Under the pieces are notes generated by a model, which was not told the DNA's origin, searched no databases, and was given only the letters and a program-made list of their open reading frames with translations. A stretch of 62,942 nt of DNA, counting the filler, from Rhabdomonas costata (taxonomy: Eukaryota), in NCBI GenBank assembly GCA_019059605.1. It is 53 parts of 53 records of this genome, joined end to end, with 100 filler letters (N's around TTAATTAATTAA, not from the genome) between each part and the next. Parts side by side here need not be neighbours in the genome. Positions count along the whole stretch, not along the records: positions 24,993 to 26,082 come from JAHMHO010029140.1; positions 26,183 to 27,272 come from JAHMHO010029141.1; positions 27,373 to 28,462 come from JAHMHO010029142.1; positions 28,563 to 29,651 come from JAHMHO010029143.1; positions 29,752 to 30,841 come from JAHMHO010029144.1; positions 30,942 to 32,031 come from JAHMHO010029145.1; positions 32,132 to 33,221 come from JAHMHO010029146.1; positions 33,322 to 34,408 come from JAHMHO010029147.1; 45 more parts are not named here. One strand, written 5' to 3'. A program made the translations under genes and the position numbers. Positions 25,380 through 38,200 of the stretch are shown here, one piece after another. How positions within the stretch are numbered: position 1 is the stretch's first letter; each line of letters starts with the position of its first letter.

Positions 25380-25548
25380 CGACGTCGGGCATTTGGGAGC
25401 CGTAGCGGGCGACCGTCTTCGTCAAGAAGGAAAGCGTGCCCTCGCTATTGATCAGCAAGTTGTACACAGAAGTGTTCATCACACGCCCGGGGGGTACAAG
25501 CTCCCAATAGAGCTGCCCGTTGAGGATCTGAGACAGCCAACCCCGGAG
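25380..25548 (-). CDS. Probable internal exon, unknown protein
   Basis: tag|LRGWLSQILNGQLYWELVPPGRVMNTSVYNLLINSEGTLSFLTKTVARYGSQMPDV, then G|GTGCG; preceded by a pyrimidine tract. Confidence 0.45.
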
Positions 25549-26182
25549 CTACCTACCGCCCACCGAAAGCCACACAGGGAGGGAAACGGAAGAGAAGGAA
25601 GGATAGCTGGTAGAGGAGGTGGAGAAAAAAATGCAGAGGGAAGGAGAGCCAGCGGCAGAAAATGGAAGGAAATGCACCACACCAGGGAGACCAGCTTTAC
25701 CCCCCTCCGCCAACACACCAACAGTGGCGCGAAACAAAACAGAACACCGATATTAAACTAGCGGCAGTGATTTCGAACAAGATCGCCATACAATACGGTA
25801 CACCTTCTTGACAATTGGACATTTTTAATGGCCATGGTTTGTCACCAGATCGGTGGTATTCAGCAAAACCAAGTTTCCAAACGCATGGAAGATTGGAGAA
25901 CCGCAATTTTACATTAAGACTAGCCAACTCTTCAAATTGGCGCCCCTCACTCATCCCCGCTCACCCATTGAGTCCACTTCGCAGTTTACCGCTACTGCAA
26001 GGGACTAAAACCGCGTGGGAAACGCGAAGGAAGCGCACACGTGCCTGAATCCGGACGCCATCACAGCTCAATCCCACACACCNNNNNNNNNNNNNNNNNN
26101 NNNNNNNNNNNNNNNNNNNNNNNNNNTTAATTAATTAANNNNNNNNNNNNNNNNNNNNNNNNNNNNNNNNNNNNNNNNNNNN

Positions 26183-26377
26183 GTGGTGGGGAGCTGCCCC
26201 GTTTGTCTGGACCCTATGGGGGTTTCGGAGCGGCCCGCGACCACCCTGCCGTGCTGCCACAAGGTGTGCCAGGAGTGCTGGCGGAACTGGCAGGAGGTGC
26301 GGGGCGCCCACGCTCAGTGCCCGCTGTGCCGCCAGGAGGTCTTCCTGCAGACTCTCTTCCAGGACGGCCCGATGTGA
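26183..26377 (+). CDS. C3HC4 RING finger, terminal coding exon
   Basis: CPVC..LPCCHKVCQECW..CPLCRQ, stop TGA. Confidence 0.88.
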   Translation: MVGSCPVCLDPMGVSERPATTLPCCHKVCQECWRNWQEVRGAHAQCPLCRQEVFLQTLFQDGPM

Positions 26378-27120
26378 GGAAGGCTCTAACGTTTTGTGGT
26401 GCGAAAGGGCGAAGGTTGCTCGGACTTAGTCCGCATCGCGATTTGTGGGTTTTTGGCAAGTGGTTAAATGTCGAACACCGTTATCCTGGAGGTTGCAATG
26501 GTTGTGCTTACTTTTTACTTTGGTTTAGGTGTGTGCTTGTTCGCGTTTGTGTTTTGTCAAACCGAACCGGAGCTTCTTCCAACAAAAACCTCTGTGAGGA
26601 AGGCCGGAACGCTCCCCAGGTACCCCATCCTCGCCTCCACCTTACCCACGCTTGAGGGGTTGCTCGACATGTGGTGGGACAGAAGACCATTCAGACATTG
26701 TCCATGGGTCTTGCGTTAGGTGGGCAGGGATTGGGTTGTGTGCACTCTCACTGCTCGCAGTTTTGGATCTGTATTTGTCACTGCGTTTGAGTTCCCACGT
26801 TGCTGGGCAAATTTTGGCGACTTCCCCGGTACCAACGGTATAAAAGCAGCGGATGTCCCACGAACAACGACCATATAATTTTTGACGGTGGTTTTTTGCA
26901 GCTTGAAAACGGCTGGATAAAGCATGCCAGCAGTCTTGAAATACAGCAGGCTACACCGTAAATCGAGAGTTTACAACCTTGCGTATTCACCAAGAGACAG
27001 CATATGCTTTACATCCCCGCGCATTTACTAAAACACAGCATATGCTACCCAAGCCCAGCGGCATAAGAACACACCAAAAAGACTTCAGTTCGAAACGTTG
27101 CGGACTAAGTTCTCGATTTC

Positions 27121-27272
27121 GGGGTGTGACTAGGCTTAGGTTTATTTTGGTGTTAGGGGGTTAGGCATATGATTGCTTTTGCTTAGCAGCTGAAAACTTC
27201 TGCTTGTTAAGCAAAAGCAATCATATGCCTAACCCCCTAACACCAAAATAAACCTAAGCCTAGTCACACCCC
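27121..27272. repeat. Terminal fold-back inverted repeat (about 64-bp arms)
   Basis: GGGGTGTGACTAGG..GCTT versus AAGC..CCTAGTCACACCCC at the contig end. Confidence 0.9.
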
Positions 27273-27373
27273 NNNNNNNNNNNNNNNNNNNNNNNNNNNN
27301 NNNNNNNNNNNNNNNNTTAATTAATTAANNNNNNNNNNNNNNNNNNNNNNNNNNNNNNNNNNNNNNNNNNNNA

Positions 27374-27552
27374 TTTTTTGTACGCTTTGGTACGCGTCGT
27401 GCCTTGTGTTTCTTGCCTTACAACGTTGCTGCGGTTTTTGAGATTCTCTAAGTTCCGCAGTTCTCGCGAAACCCCCTGTTAACCTCCACGCCCGCAGCAA
27501 CGTTGTAAGGCAAGAAACACAAGGCACGACGCGTACCAAAGCGTACAAAAAA
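27374..27552. repeat. Terminal fold-back inverted repeat (about 60-bp arms)
   Basis: TTTTTTGTACGC..ACGTTGCTGCGG versus CCGCAGCAACGT..GCGTACAAAAAA at the contig start. Confidence 0.9.
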
Positions 27553-30500
27553 TCAAAAGCTATATACTTACACCTGTATACGGCGAAGGGGAGGAGGCTA
27601 GCGTCGGGTGTGCAGTGCCTCTGCGCATCTCGATGTCGAGGGGCCTCTGGACGGTGTTTGGAAGTGTTTGGGGAAAATATACTCGTTTGCTCACGGCAGA
27701 ATTAGCCAAGTCAGTTTCGCACACATGGGTGTCATACACATGCAGAGTCATCACGGTCCCCTCCCTCCCGGAAGGAAGAGAAGATAGATAACGTTGCGTC
27801 TTCTTCTGAATAATCCAGCGATACCTCGGCACCCCACACATTCTCACATCACTCTACAGGAGGCGTGACGTGCACAGGGATGGGTTCCGCCCTTCCACGC
27901 TCCACTACAAAAGAGTCGCTTAACTCTCCCTTCCTCTCTCTCTCTCGCTGTAGAACTCTGCCAAAGTTGCCCGCAAAGAGCTACCGCCTGAAGGGCGACC
28001 GGCTGATCTTCCTGAACCAGGTCCCTATACATGACACCTCTTTTCTATGTTGGTCCACTTTTGTGTGGCCTCATCACCATTGCATGACCTTTCGATCTGC
28101 ACCCGCGGGCCAGCAAGAAGACATGAAATGTTTGTGGGGTGGCTTCTTCTGTTTTTCTCTACGTTTCCGTCGGTTCACTCCTTTTGTTGGGCGAAGAATT
28201 CTGAGCCGCAATTCGGTGGTAAAGAGCACTACCCATCTGCACGGACCCACTCGCTCACCCACTCCTAAAGTACATTCACAGTACCTTCGGAATTCCTTCA
28301 CAGTCACTTGCCGTTTAAGTTGTTGGACCCAACCCACATCTGCTCGCTGACGTTTGCCCTCCGTTGGCGTCGCCAGCCCAACTCACTCAAGCCTGGCGTC
28401 TTCCTCCCAGGGCCCCTACAAACTGGTTAGTGGCATCGACGACTGGGTGTAAAACAAAAAACNNNNNNNNNNNNNNNNNNNNNNNNNNNNNNNNNNNNNN
28501 NNNNNNTTAATTAATTAANNNNNNNNNNNNNNNNNNNNNNNNNNNNNNNNNNNNNNNNNNNNTTTTTCACGATCGCAACACTGCGGCCATCCCTGCCTCG
28601 TCTCTGAAGTATCCATTTTCAGAAGTGGTAGGCAGGGTGAGGCTACCCAGCCAGTGCCCAATTGAAAAGTTTGTATGCACTTCCTCCCCTGTCGGGGCAT
28701 GGGTGTGATGTAATGGTGCCCTTTGCTTCCATGCGGCCGTGGTTTCAGGTGCGGCCTGCACGCTCTCACCTGTTGGGGTCTATGAGTGCTCTTCTCTGGC
28801 ACAACCACTCTCGTAATTGTTAAAATACAGGAGCCCGCGCTCGCCGAAAACCCATCCAGTCTGCTGTAGGAGGGGTTCCGCCCCCTCCCCCCATACAAGT
28901 GCTTCGCCTTTTCGCCTGCACCGCAAACACGACACCTCACCTAGGGGGCGTGTGTATCGAGAACCTCCCCCCTGTTTTCGGTGTATTTTGCGGACCCAAG
29001 GTATCCCACGCAGGGCAATCCATCCGGGAGTTGTGGATCAGGCGTATTTTACGGACCCCCGCGATCCCAAAGGACACGAAGCAAAAGAAACAACGACAGC
29101 CCTCCACAGCAGTCTTTCAAAAGGTCCCCAGAATCGCTTAGTCGCAAACCTGACCCACTGAGACAAAAACCTCACCTATGGAACATATGCATCTGAAACC
29201 TACCACTGTGCAGAGCAATTTCATCAGTTGACACAACAATAATTTTCGAAATTGTCATAACGATTACTTTGGAAATCAGAGTGACTTCTTGGCGAATTCC
29301 AAAAATTTCTTTTTTGAAAAAAATTACCAGCGGGGCATAAATGAACCGGAAAGACCCGCAGACGTTCGCCCCAACGCAGTAAAAAGGGACTCCAGCCCGC
29401 ACTATAAAAAAAACACCTCAAAATTCAGCAAGAGTAGTTTTGCTTCTATCACACTTTCAGTAACTGCCGTTCACAAGCAAGTTCACAAAAGTTTGGACCG
29501 CCATTTCGGTGCACCGCCGAGGAACCCCAAAAATGCCACCAAAAGAAACGGAAAGAACCGCAGACGATCGCTCCAAAGCAGTAAAAACGGAGGCGCTATG
29601 GCATTATGGGGACCTCCCCCCGTATCAAGTGTACTATGGGGACACCCCACCNNNNNNNNNNNNNNNNNNNNNNNNNNNNNNNNNNNNNNNNNNNNTTAAT
29701 TAATTAANNNNNNNNNNNNNNNNNNNNNNNNNNNNNNNNNNNNNNNNNNNNGGTTGGGGTGCACCCAGGGGTCTAAGTGACCTTTAGCCACACCCCTAGA
29801 CACCCCCTTGAGGCTGGTACCGGGGTGCAGGTCACTTAGACCCCTGGGTGCACCCCTTGGCCTCAAAAACACCCACCTTTAGAACCCCCCGGTCATTTTT
29901 CGTGTGGGTTTATGGGTTTTGGTTTTTGGGTTCGCGTCTTTGGGTTCGGGTTTCGCCTTCGGTATTCGGTATTCGCCTTCGCCTTCGGTATTCGCCTTCT
30001 GCCTTCGGTATTCGGTTTCTAACAGCTGCATGGCCGTATTAGCCCTGAGTGGCCGGTGATTTCGCTTTCTTTTGGTAACATGGTAGGACTGTGCAGCATT
30101 GGGGGGATTTGGTTTTTGCTTGTCTTGAAGTCGCACTACTGTCACTCTTTGGTAAGGTCTCCCTCTAGTACAGCGTTCCGCGGGTTGCAGTCAATGCCAA
30201 CGCGATGTAGCCGAACGAGCTGAGCCTCTCAGAGCAAGATAAGGCCACGATCGTGCAAGGGTCAGACGTGGGGTCAGCGGATGGTCGCAAACTCAATGAG
30301 TTTAGGCAGGACCTGCTGGAGTGCGGGCCGGTAGCCAAAGTGCTATGCGGGCCTCTCGCCGGTGAACCGTGCGGGGACTCAACGAAAGCCCAGCCCACGC
30401 TGGGGGTATATGCGATTTCGTACGCATTACACCACGGGTTATGGGTATCGTTGATGGGAGCACCTTGGCGTATCCTACTATGGCTCTACGTCATGCCCAC

Positions 30501-30948
30501 AAGCACGTACACTGGTTACCCACAGAGGTACATCCAGAGACCGACTACGGTTAGGTCAGGTACGTGAGAGAACCACCTACGGGTGTACTCGCAAGCTATG
30601 TAACGGTATGCCAGGTATGCAACTACGGCTCGTTACAGATGTGATAAGGCGCAGCGGAAGTGCTGTTAGCTGGACACTGTGAAACGTCACGTAGCGGTGA
30701 CAACGGTAGCGTGTGGCGACCATACACACAGCCGTAGTGGATGTGGTCTCGACAACCAACCACTAAATCGCATTGGCCAACGGGACCAGCACCCACGCCA
30801 AGGAAATAGCCATGGTGACGTAGTAGCATCGGCTGTAGTACNNNNNNNNNNNNNNNNNNNNNNNNNNNNNNNNNNNNNNNNNNNNTTAATTAATTAANNN
30901 NNNNNNNNNNNNNNNNNNNNNNNNNNNNNNNNNNNNNNNNNTTTGTTT

Positions 30949-31097
30949 GTTTGTAACTCCGTCAAAACTATAACTCTTGATCAGCTAAGTTACGACCTTT
31001 TGCTTATATCTTTCGGAATCAATGCGGTAGAAAGATATAAGCAAAAGGTCGTAACTTAGCTGATCAAGAGTTATAGTTTTGACGGAGTTACAAACAG
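30949..31097. repeat. Terminal fold-back inverted repeat (about 60-bp arms)
   Basis: GTTTGTAACTCCGTC..TATCTTTC versus GAAAGATA..GACGGAGTTACAAAC. Confidence 0.9.
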
Positions 31098-31210
31098 AGA
31101 AACCAGGACTTTCCAGACCAGGAAAAAAGAAGACCAGCCCAGTCTATTTTTAACGATTCGTGTTGAGGATTCCAGCTTTCCATTTCAAGGAAGCCTTTTG
31201 GTGAGCACAC

Positions 31211-31778
31211 CCGAAGCTGTTCAAAAGTTTTCTCAGCACAGCCCAATTGGTGAGGAGGCCGTTGTGAACCACGACAAACTCGTTTGCAGGGCTGCTGCTC
31301 TGGGGATGCGCGTTGCGGTCCACCGGGGCGCCGTGGGTAGCCCACCGGGTGTGAGCGATGGCGCAGTGGTTGGACAGCACTTGTTCAGGCCGCAAAGTTC
31401 CTTCCTGCAGCGCCTTGGCCACCTCCAACTCCAACGTGGCCACATCTCCAGCCTTCGTGCAACACAGAAGCCCGCTTTGCTTCAAATTCCGTCTCCAGAA
31501 AAAAAGGGAGTCCAAGACCCGACGTCTTCTCACCGTCCACAGAAAACAAAACCTCACAGTTCTTTGGAGGAACTCTCCCCTGGAAAAAAAGGGAGAACGA
31601 CAAGCACCTTTCGAATCACTCGCACCCTCCCAGGAGAATCTCCATCTTCGTCGATTCCCACGCCTGCAGAGTCGCACCCACGGTACTCCAACCGGTGAAG
31701 TGCGCAAAGCAGAATCTGAAGGATTGCTGCTCTGCTCCTGGGAGTTCCAAAGTTTACATAAGCGAAAATTCCGCACAT
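31211..31778 (-). CDS. GFAT: Glutamine-fructose-6-phosphate amidotransferase (GFAT), exons 31608-31778 and 31211-31452
   Basis: [54 protein letters not shown]; Ntn catalytic Cys; GT-AG intron in phase 0. Confidence 0.93.
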
Positions 31779-33115
31779 CGGTCAGCGCACGTCTAACCGA
31801 CCTCTACAAAGTCGCCCTCCAAAAACGGGAGAAGAAACGCAAATCTTCAAGTTTTCTGCACAAGGGTACAAAGTAATTGGTGAATTGAGAGACAGGTTCC
31901 CTTTGTCTCAGACGACTTTCACACCACCCAAGAAAAAGCAGAAAAACAGATCTCCAAGGGCCTCTCCCTTCCGTACGACTGCTAAAGGTTCGAAATCAAC
32001 AAGAACCCGGGAATGACAGGAAAAACCCCACNNNNNNNNNNNNNNNNNNNNNNNNNNNNNNNNNNNNNNNNNNNNTTAATTAATTAANNNNNNNNNNNNN
32101 NNNNNNNNNNNNNNNNNNNNNNNNNNNNNNNGGGGTTGGTGGCCTCCAAAATTGAAGAGGGGCTTTATCCCATTTGGAGACGCTGTGGTGGATTTATCCA
32201 GATACATAGTTGAGGATTGGATCGAGCATCTGTCCGAATCACTCGATTTTGGTTTTCTAAATTCAGAGAGGAGCAGCCATCACGGTAGCCTATTACTAAG
32301 CCCGTTTGTGACAAAGGCAACAAGAAAAAGTGGTGCTGGAAAGAATTACAACTGCACCACTTTTGCATACTGTAATTCAAACATTGTGGATAGGATGTCG
32401 ACGCAGCCATCTTCCGTTGAATTTTCAAAAAATGAAAAGACGACTTCGCTCCAAAGGTGACCCTTACGTTTGATGCAAATGAAGTAAAAATGGACTAATG
32501 TTGTAGACGTTGAGGCGTATGATTTTTATGAATATTCGCTTCAGGGTGTTTACAAATACAAACCATTTGACATTTTATAATATACTATAGCAAGTTAAAC
32601 TCATAAGACGTGCTTTTTAGGCTGACTATCGTGAAAATGTTTAAGCAATATCGTATGAACACACACAATCCTAGCGGCATTTTATAGAGTCCACAGGACT
32701 TCAGTTGTAAACTCGTGACATAATATGCACATATTCCACTGCTTTTGCTAACGCAAGCTAAAATTAACACGGAATTATAAGTACATTCGCAACGCGTATT
32801 GCCCATAATGTTCTGCTAATCATCCGCTGCTTAGCTGAAAGTGTGTACCTCACAATGTCTTATTATGGAAGAATACATAATATACAAATACATCATAGTT
32901 TGCAAGGTTTTTGTGCATGTCTTGTTGACGGAAATTGTGCGGCATTATGACTCAATATTTCTTTGCACAAGTCTTGAGAGTTAAGGTGATGTGATTTATT
33001 TTTAAACAAATGCCTCGCAATTACAGTACACATTATCCTCTGTCAATAGTAGTAGTAAAGTACACTGAACTGCTGTTTTTTAGTGGATTAAACAATTAAA
33101 TAATTTTTTGGTTCT

Positions 33116-33194
33116 AGTTCGGCTATGGCACACCACCCATAAGTTCGGCTGAGACACTCCATCCACATCAGTTCGGTTGAGGCACACCCCTCCC
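33116..33194 (+). repeat. Three imperfect tandem copies of a 25-28 nt unit (AGTTCGGYT..G.CAC..C)
   Basis: agttcggctatggcacaccacccata / agttcggctgagacactccatccacatc / agttcggttgaggcacacccctccc. Confidence 0.7.
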
Positions 33195-35989
33195 AAGAGG
33201 GAAAGTAATGAACCACACCCCNNNNNNNNNNNNNNNNNNNNNNNNNNNNNNNNNNNNNNNNNNNNTTAATTAATTAANNNNNNNNNNNNNNNNNNNNNNN
33301 NNNNNNNNNNNNNNNNNNNNNGGGGGGTTTGACTAGCTCCAAATTCAGCTTCCGCGATTTATTGAGTTGCCTTCAACAACACACTTTATTTTTTGGGCAT
33401 TAGTCTCTTCTTGTCCTCACTCCCTTGTTCGAGAGTTCAGGTTTGACTGTAGTTCACGCAAATTTCCTTGTCCCATGACCTTGGCAATTCATCTGCCGTG
33501 TATTTGTATGCAAAGCACTGTACGAAAATGCGGTGGTGCACCGCTTTTTTCTGACGATGTCTTGAAGAATGGGAGGGTTTCTGTCCATTGGTTCCTCCGA
33601 CGCTTTCTCTCCAATTCTGGTGGGCAGGAACGCAGTGCAGGGTTTTGAGTACGCAGAGAAGATGCTGCAGAGGTCGCCGGGCCGTAGTGCACGCGCGATA
33701 CGGAGGGTGTGTAAGAGAGAAAGGTGCTCACCGAGGCAAAAGGAGGGATTTTGTTGGGAGCATTCGGATTTGGGCTCAGGCATAGCCCCGCAAATGTGAT
33801 TTGATCTCAGTGGCGTGTGGCGAAGAAGTAGCAGGGGTGGGGAGCAAAAAGTTTATCGTTGTTTATGGGAGTTATCAGAAGAAGACCCAGGAGAGGGTGC
33901 CAGATGCGAGGAGGTGACCGACCCCATATAATAGGAACTGCTTGTTGATGGCACGCTCGCTAGTGTGCAGCCTACAGTGAGCCCACGTCGGAATGCCTGC
34001 AATGATCCGGAAAAAAAAGAGCCCTTCCAAGCTTGCGTTAAGACAAATAGGGCTAAAACACCCCAGAATGGCACTCAAATGGCCTCTCAGGTGCCTGCAG
34101 TCATAAGCATATCGGCCCACTCCGGTGCCAGCATGAAGTGCTCCTGGGCTCTACGTTTAGGTATTCTGAGCAGGCCTGGCCGGAAGCATAGGTTCAGTTT
34201 GAAGGCCTGAAAAGGGCGAAAAATTGCTCCTGGAGAGGTAGATGGGCCCGCCAGGAAGGACCCCAGAACAGCGATAAGAGAAAGAACTGTACCTGGACTA
34301 TATCTGCTCTGCAACTGCAATTGTATACGCAGTCTCATCCATTATGGCAAAGAACAAATTTCAGCATACACCTTAAAGCTGAAGGGGAGGAAGTTCCGTG
34401 TCATGCGANNNNNNNNNNNNNNNNNNNNNNNNNNNNNNNNNNNNNNNNNNNNTTAATTAATTAANNNNNNNNNNNNNNNNNNNNNNNNNNNNNNNNNNNN
34501 NNNNNNNNGTGGTTGGGTTTGCAAGTTCATGTCCGTTTAATGTTGGTGAGTGGGGGGAGAGGGGAGGAAGGGTCTCACCTGGAGAGTCCGACGACAGTCC
34601 ACGGGCCGCGCGCTCGTCACGGGAAGCGCGCCGCCTTGGGGTGCTCCGCGCTGGAGAGGGCGGCACCTGCGGGGAGGGCACACACACACACACACATTCA
34701 AAAGAGACAAATGGGGTGAAGGGGGCACCATCCACCACAGGAGTTTTACGCAGGTAGAAGCGCACCGCTACAGAGGATAACTGACAGCTGACAGTGTTCC
34801 AAGGGGGAAATCATTTTTGTGGAATCATACACCTACGTGGCAGTGCGGGAGAAGTCGGATGGATGTCCAGCGCTACCTCTGGTCTGGCAACAGAAGAACT
34901 CCCATGAGGCTTTCCAAAGCGCACCCGGGGGGGAGGGGAACAAAGTTGAGCTGCCATTCAAAATGTGTGCAAAATTTCTTGAAACACATACCCCACACAA
35001 AAATACCCACACCACACAAATCACACAAAAACCTTGCCGAGAGGTTCCGGCCTGCGAGGGGAAGGTTTCCACAGCGTCCCGCGGGTGCGGCCGGGCACAG
35101 CGCGGCGAGGGGTGGAGCCATCCTCTGAGCGGCCCGAGGGTGCGTCCCTTGAATCCACTGTGTCCAACCGAGCACCAAAAATGGATGTGAGCAGAGCTGT
35201 ATACTGCGCGCAGATTGAAGAGAACATTGCCAACACAGAACGTGAAGGCCTGGAACCTCGAACACCAATAGTTGGGGAAGAGGACCCCAAGACTTCAAAA
35301 GTGGACCATAGGGGGCCAAGGTACTGTGGTGCTGGCATCTCCACAAACACACACACACTTACACACACGAGTCCGATGTCCGACGTGTGGAAAAGGAGGC
35401 GCAAGGCAGAGCGAGGTTGCAAGTGCGGTATGATTGATTTCTTGCACAGTCCGTGTGCGTGCACCGGGACAACCCCGAGGCTTGTAATTAACCGCAGCAT
35501 AAGCAGCGTGCGTTAAACTCCGCACCAATTTCACCCCGGTGTGAAACACAAACTCATTCACTCACTCACTCACACACAAACCCAAACACACCCACCACNN
35601 NNNNNNNNNNNNNNNNNNNNNNNNNNNNNNNNNNNNNNNNNNTTAATTAATTAANNNNNNNNNNNNNNNNNNNNNNNNNNNNNNNNNNNNNNNNNNNNGG
35701 GTTTTGTGATGTCCGGCTCTCGTTGCTCCCGTCGTTTCTTTTTGAATGTGTCTTGGACAGGATGAATTCGGTGTCGGCGCGCTGTTACACTCTCCTCATG
35801 TACACAGAGAATGTCTTTGACAAGGCCTGTCCTGCTTGTTTGGGCTTCACCATTGGAAGGGAAGGAAAGCGAAAAACCAGATCATCGTGGTGGTGGTGGG
35901 GTGTTCTTTAGAGGATTGCAGTTACATGTCCTCTGCGGTGGGGTGCAAGAAGTGTGAATGTGGGAGTGTGGATGTGGGGTGGGGTGCAG

Positions 35990-36135
35990 GACGAACTGGA
36001 GCGGGCCCAGGGCGAGGTCAGCAGCCCGCTGCAGCGGCACGCCTTGCGTTCGGAGATTGACCGGGCCCGGCGCGAACTGGAGGCCGTGCAGACTCGCCTC
36101 CGCGAGGAGCAGACCAGAAAGAACCTGGGCTCAAG
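35990..36135 (+). CDS. Coiled-coil exon, unknown protein
   Basis: gtgcag|DELERAQGEVSSPLQRHALRSEIDRARRELEAVQTRLREEQTRK; GC3-rich. Confidence 0.5.
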
Positions 36136-36552
36136 ATTTAGCGGGCTCACTGACAGGCACGCCCTTTCTCCCTTTCTCCCCCGCCACCCTATCCTCTCTC
36201 TCTCTTTGCTGTGCTGTGTACATAAGTTACCGTTGCTTAATTGCTGTTTGCCCACATCGGACAGGGCACGATTGGCAACCGTTTTTTCAGGCAAGCCCAC
36301 TTTTTGCAGAACTATGATTTCATTCGGAGACTCAACCCGTGAGCCTCGTGACCGTCACGCCCAATCACCGCACTACCATACCCAATGAATATGTCCCATA
36401 CCATAACTACACCAATGCGCACCTAACACTAACTATAGAGAACACAAACACGTGAGAAGAAGAATACGCGTGTGAGACGAAGCATCCGGATTGAACATCA
36501 CCCCTACAGTTCGTTTTCAGAGGTGCCCGACGGAGCATCGGAAATTTGGTCA

Positions 36553-36771
36553 GGTCTCTGCGTTATCGATGAGGGCGATGATTCTAGGAGGTTTTGTTTC
36601 CCACAGCACCTTTGACCCGTCTGCGGGGCTTTTCTGCTCCGAGCTCACTGCGGCTGCGCTGCAGCGGGTGGGTTTGCTGCCGCCCTTCCCCCCGGTGACC
36701 TCGTACTCGCCGAACTCCTTCAGCTCTGAAACCACCCTGCCCCTCCTCCGCAACGCCTTCCTGGGACCTGA
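36553..36771 (+). CDS. Permuted papain-like (NlpC/P60, YaeF/YiiX-type) enzyme, catalytic Cys region
   Basis: AGLFCSELTAAALQRVGLLPP..SYSPNSFSS..LPLLRNAFLGPE; FCSEL motif. 5' border uncertain. Confidence 0.75.
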
Positions 36772-38200
36772 GGTCAACCCCACCACCCNNNNNNNNNNNN
36801 NNNNNNNNNNNNNNNNNNNNNNNNNNNNNNNNTTAATTAATTAANNNNNNNNNNNNNNNNNNNNNNNNNNNNNNNNNNNNNNNNNNNNGTGGTGGGTGTG
36901 TTTGGGGGTGGTGTTGGCTGGTCGGGTGGGCTGGTTCCCGCAGAATGGGCAGAACCTCCACTGAGGGGAGGTCGCGCAGCCCCTCCTGCATCTCGGTTGG
37001 TGGGAGGGTGTGACGGTTGAGCCAGAGGTGGAAGGCTCGGGGTGCCCCGGCTTGTCGAGCCTTGTGGTTGGGCCTGGGTCCTCGCTGGTGAGGACGGGGA
37101 CAGGCGCAGTGGAGGAGTCCTCCGCGACCCCCGGGTGGGTTGCTCGCTCTTCACGCTCTCGTTATCGCTGCTCTCGCTCTCGTTGTCACCCTCAGAGTCT
37201 TTTCCTCCAAGAGGTTGCCACTTTTTCTTACATTTCGGAAGTGCAGGTGGACTTGTCGTGTTTCTGCGGGTTTTTGGGGAAAATATGTGTGGACTTTTGG
37301 GTTGGGGATTGTGGTTGTGCCGCAATTCCCGCTGAAAGCGCCAAAGAGGACGGAGGTTAGTGGACAATTAGGGGTAGAGTAGCATTGGAATTTCTACTGG
37401 CCCGTAGGTGGCCCATTTCACCCCAAGTCCCCCTCCGAGTTTGGCGAAGCGAGGCGGTGAGGCAGAAGACCCCCCCCCGGCGGCGGCGGCGGAGTCCGCA
37501 AGAGAAGTGCGAAGCGCAGGTGCGCGGGCAAGTGTCTAGTCCTAGTCCTAGTCCTTACCGCGGGGAGTTGACAGCGATCACAAAGCAAAAGTGCCGTTCG
37601 GGGGACCAAGGAGGGGAGCGGATCGAGTGGGCTGAGCGGGGAAGTCGCAAGAGCCACGTAATTGGTCCGGGCCCGCCGTGGCGTCTCACAGTTCTCCGGC
37701 GTCCGCCCACTTTTCCAGGGAGTAGTACCGGTCGGCTTTGCCGCTTGCGCACCGCAGGCACCGCAGGTACTGCTCAAGAGCTTCCTCCAGAGACGTCGTT
37801 AATGTCGCCGTCCAGCTTGAATTTCCGGCCACCGCAAAATGCGGGGTCCACGGTGCACACGTGGCCCCCATGGTTCAAATGCTCTTTAAACGGGCCTCAA
37901 AAGAGCCGAGAGGTTCACACACAAGTTGACTAGAAACTGCTTTGGAAGATGGCGCACCAAAGGGGAACCCACCCCACANNNNNNNNNNNNNNNNNNNNNN
38001 NNNNNNNNNNNNNNNNNNNNNNTTAATTAATTAANNNNNNNNNNNNNNNNNNNNNNNNNNNNNNNNNNNNNNNNNNNNGTGTGTGGGGCAACGGTAGCAC
38101 CATACAGTTCACTGTCCAGTGATTACAGAGGTTTAATTGTGATTTATCAGCAGAATGCCGTCGTCTTACACAATGGGGCAGAGGGGTCGCACGGAGAGAC

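Noticed and set aside
27121-27552. Long perfect hairpins as MITEs or miRNA precursors
   Set aside because: They abut contig ends, lack TSDs and share no family sequence; the pattern fits WGA fold-back chimeras.
30165-30840. Possible rRNA or spliced-leader/5S fragment
   Set aside because: I found no conserved SSU, LSU, 5S or SL motif on either strand by eye.
33116-33194. CRISPR array
   Set aside because: Only three degenerate adjacent units, no unique spacers and no cas genes.
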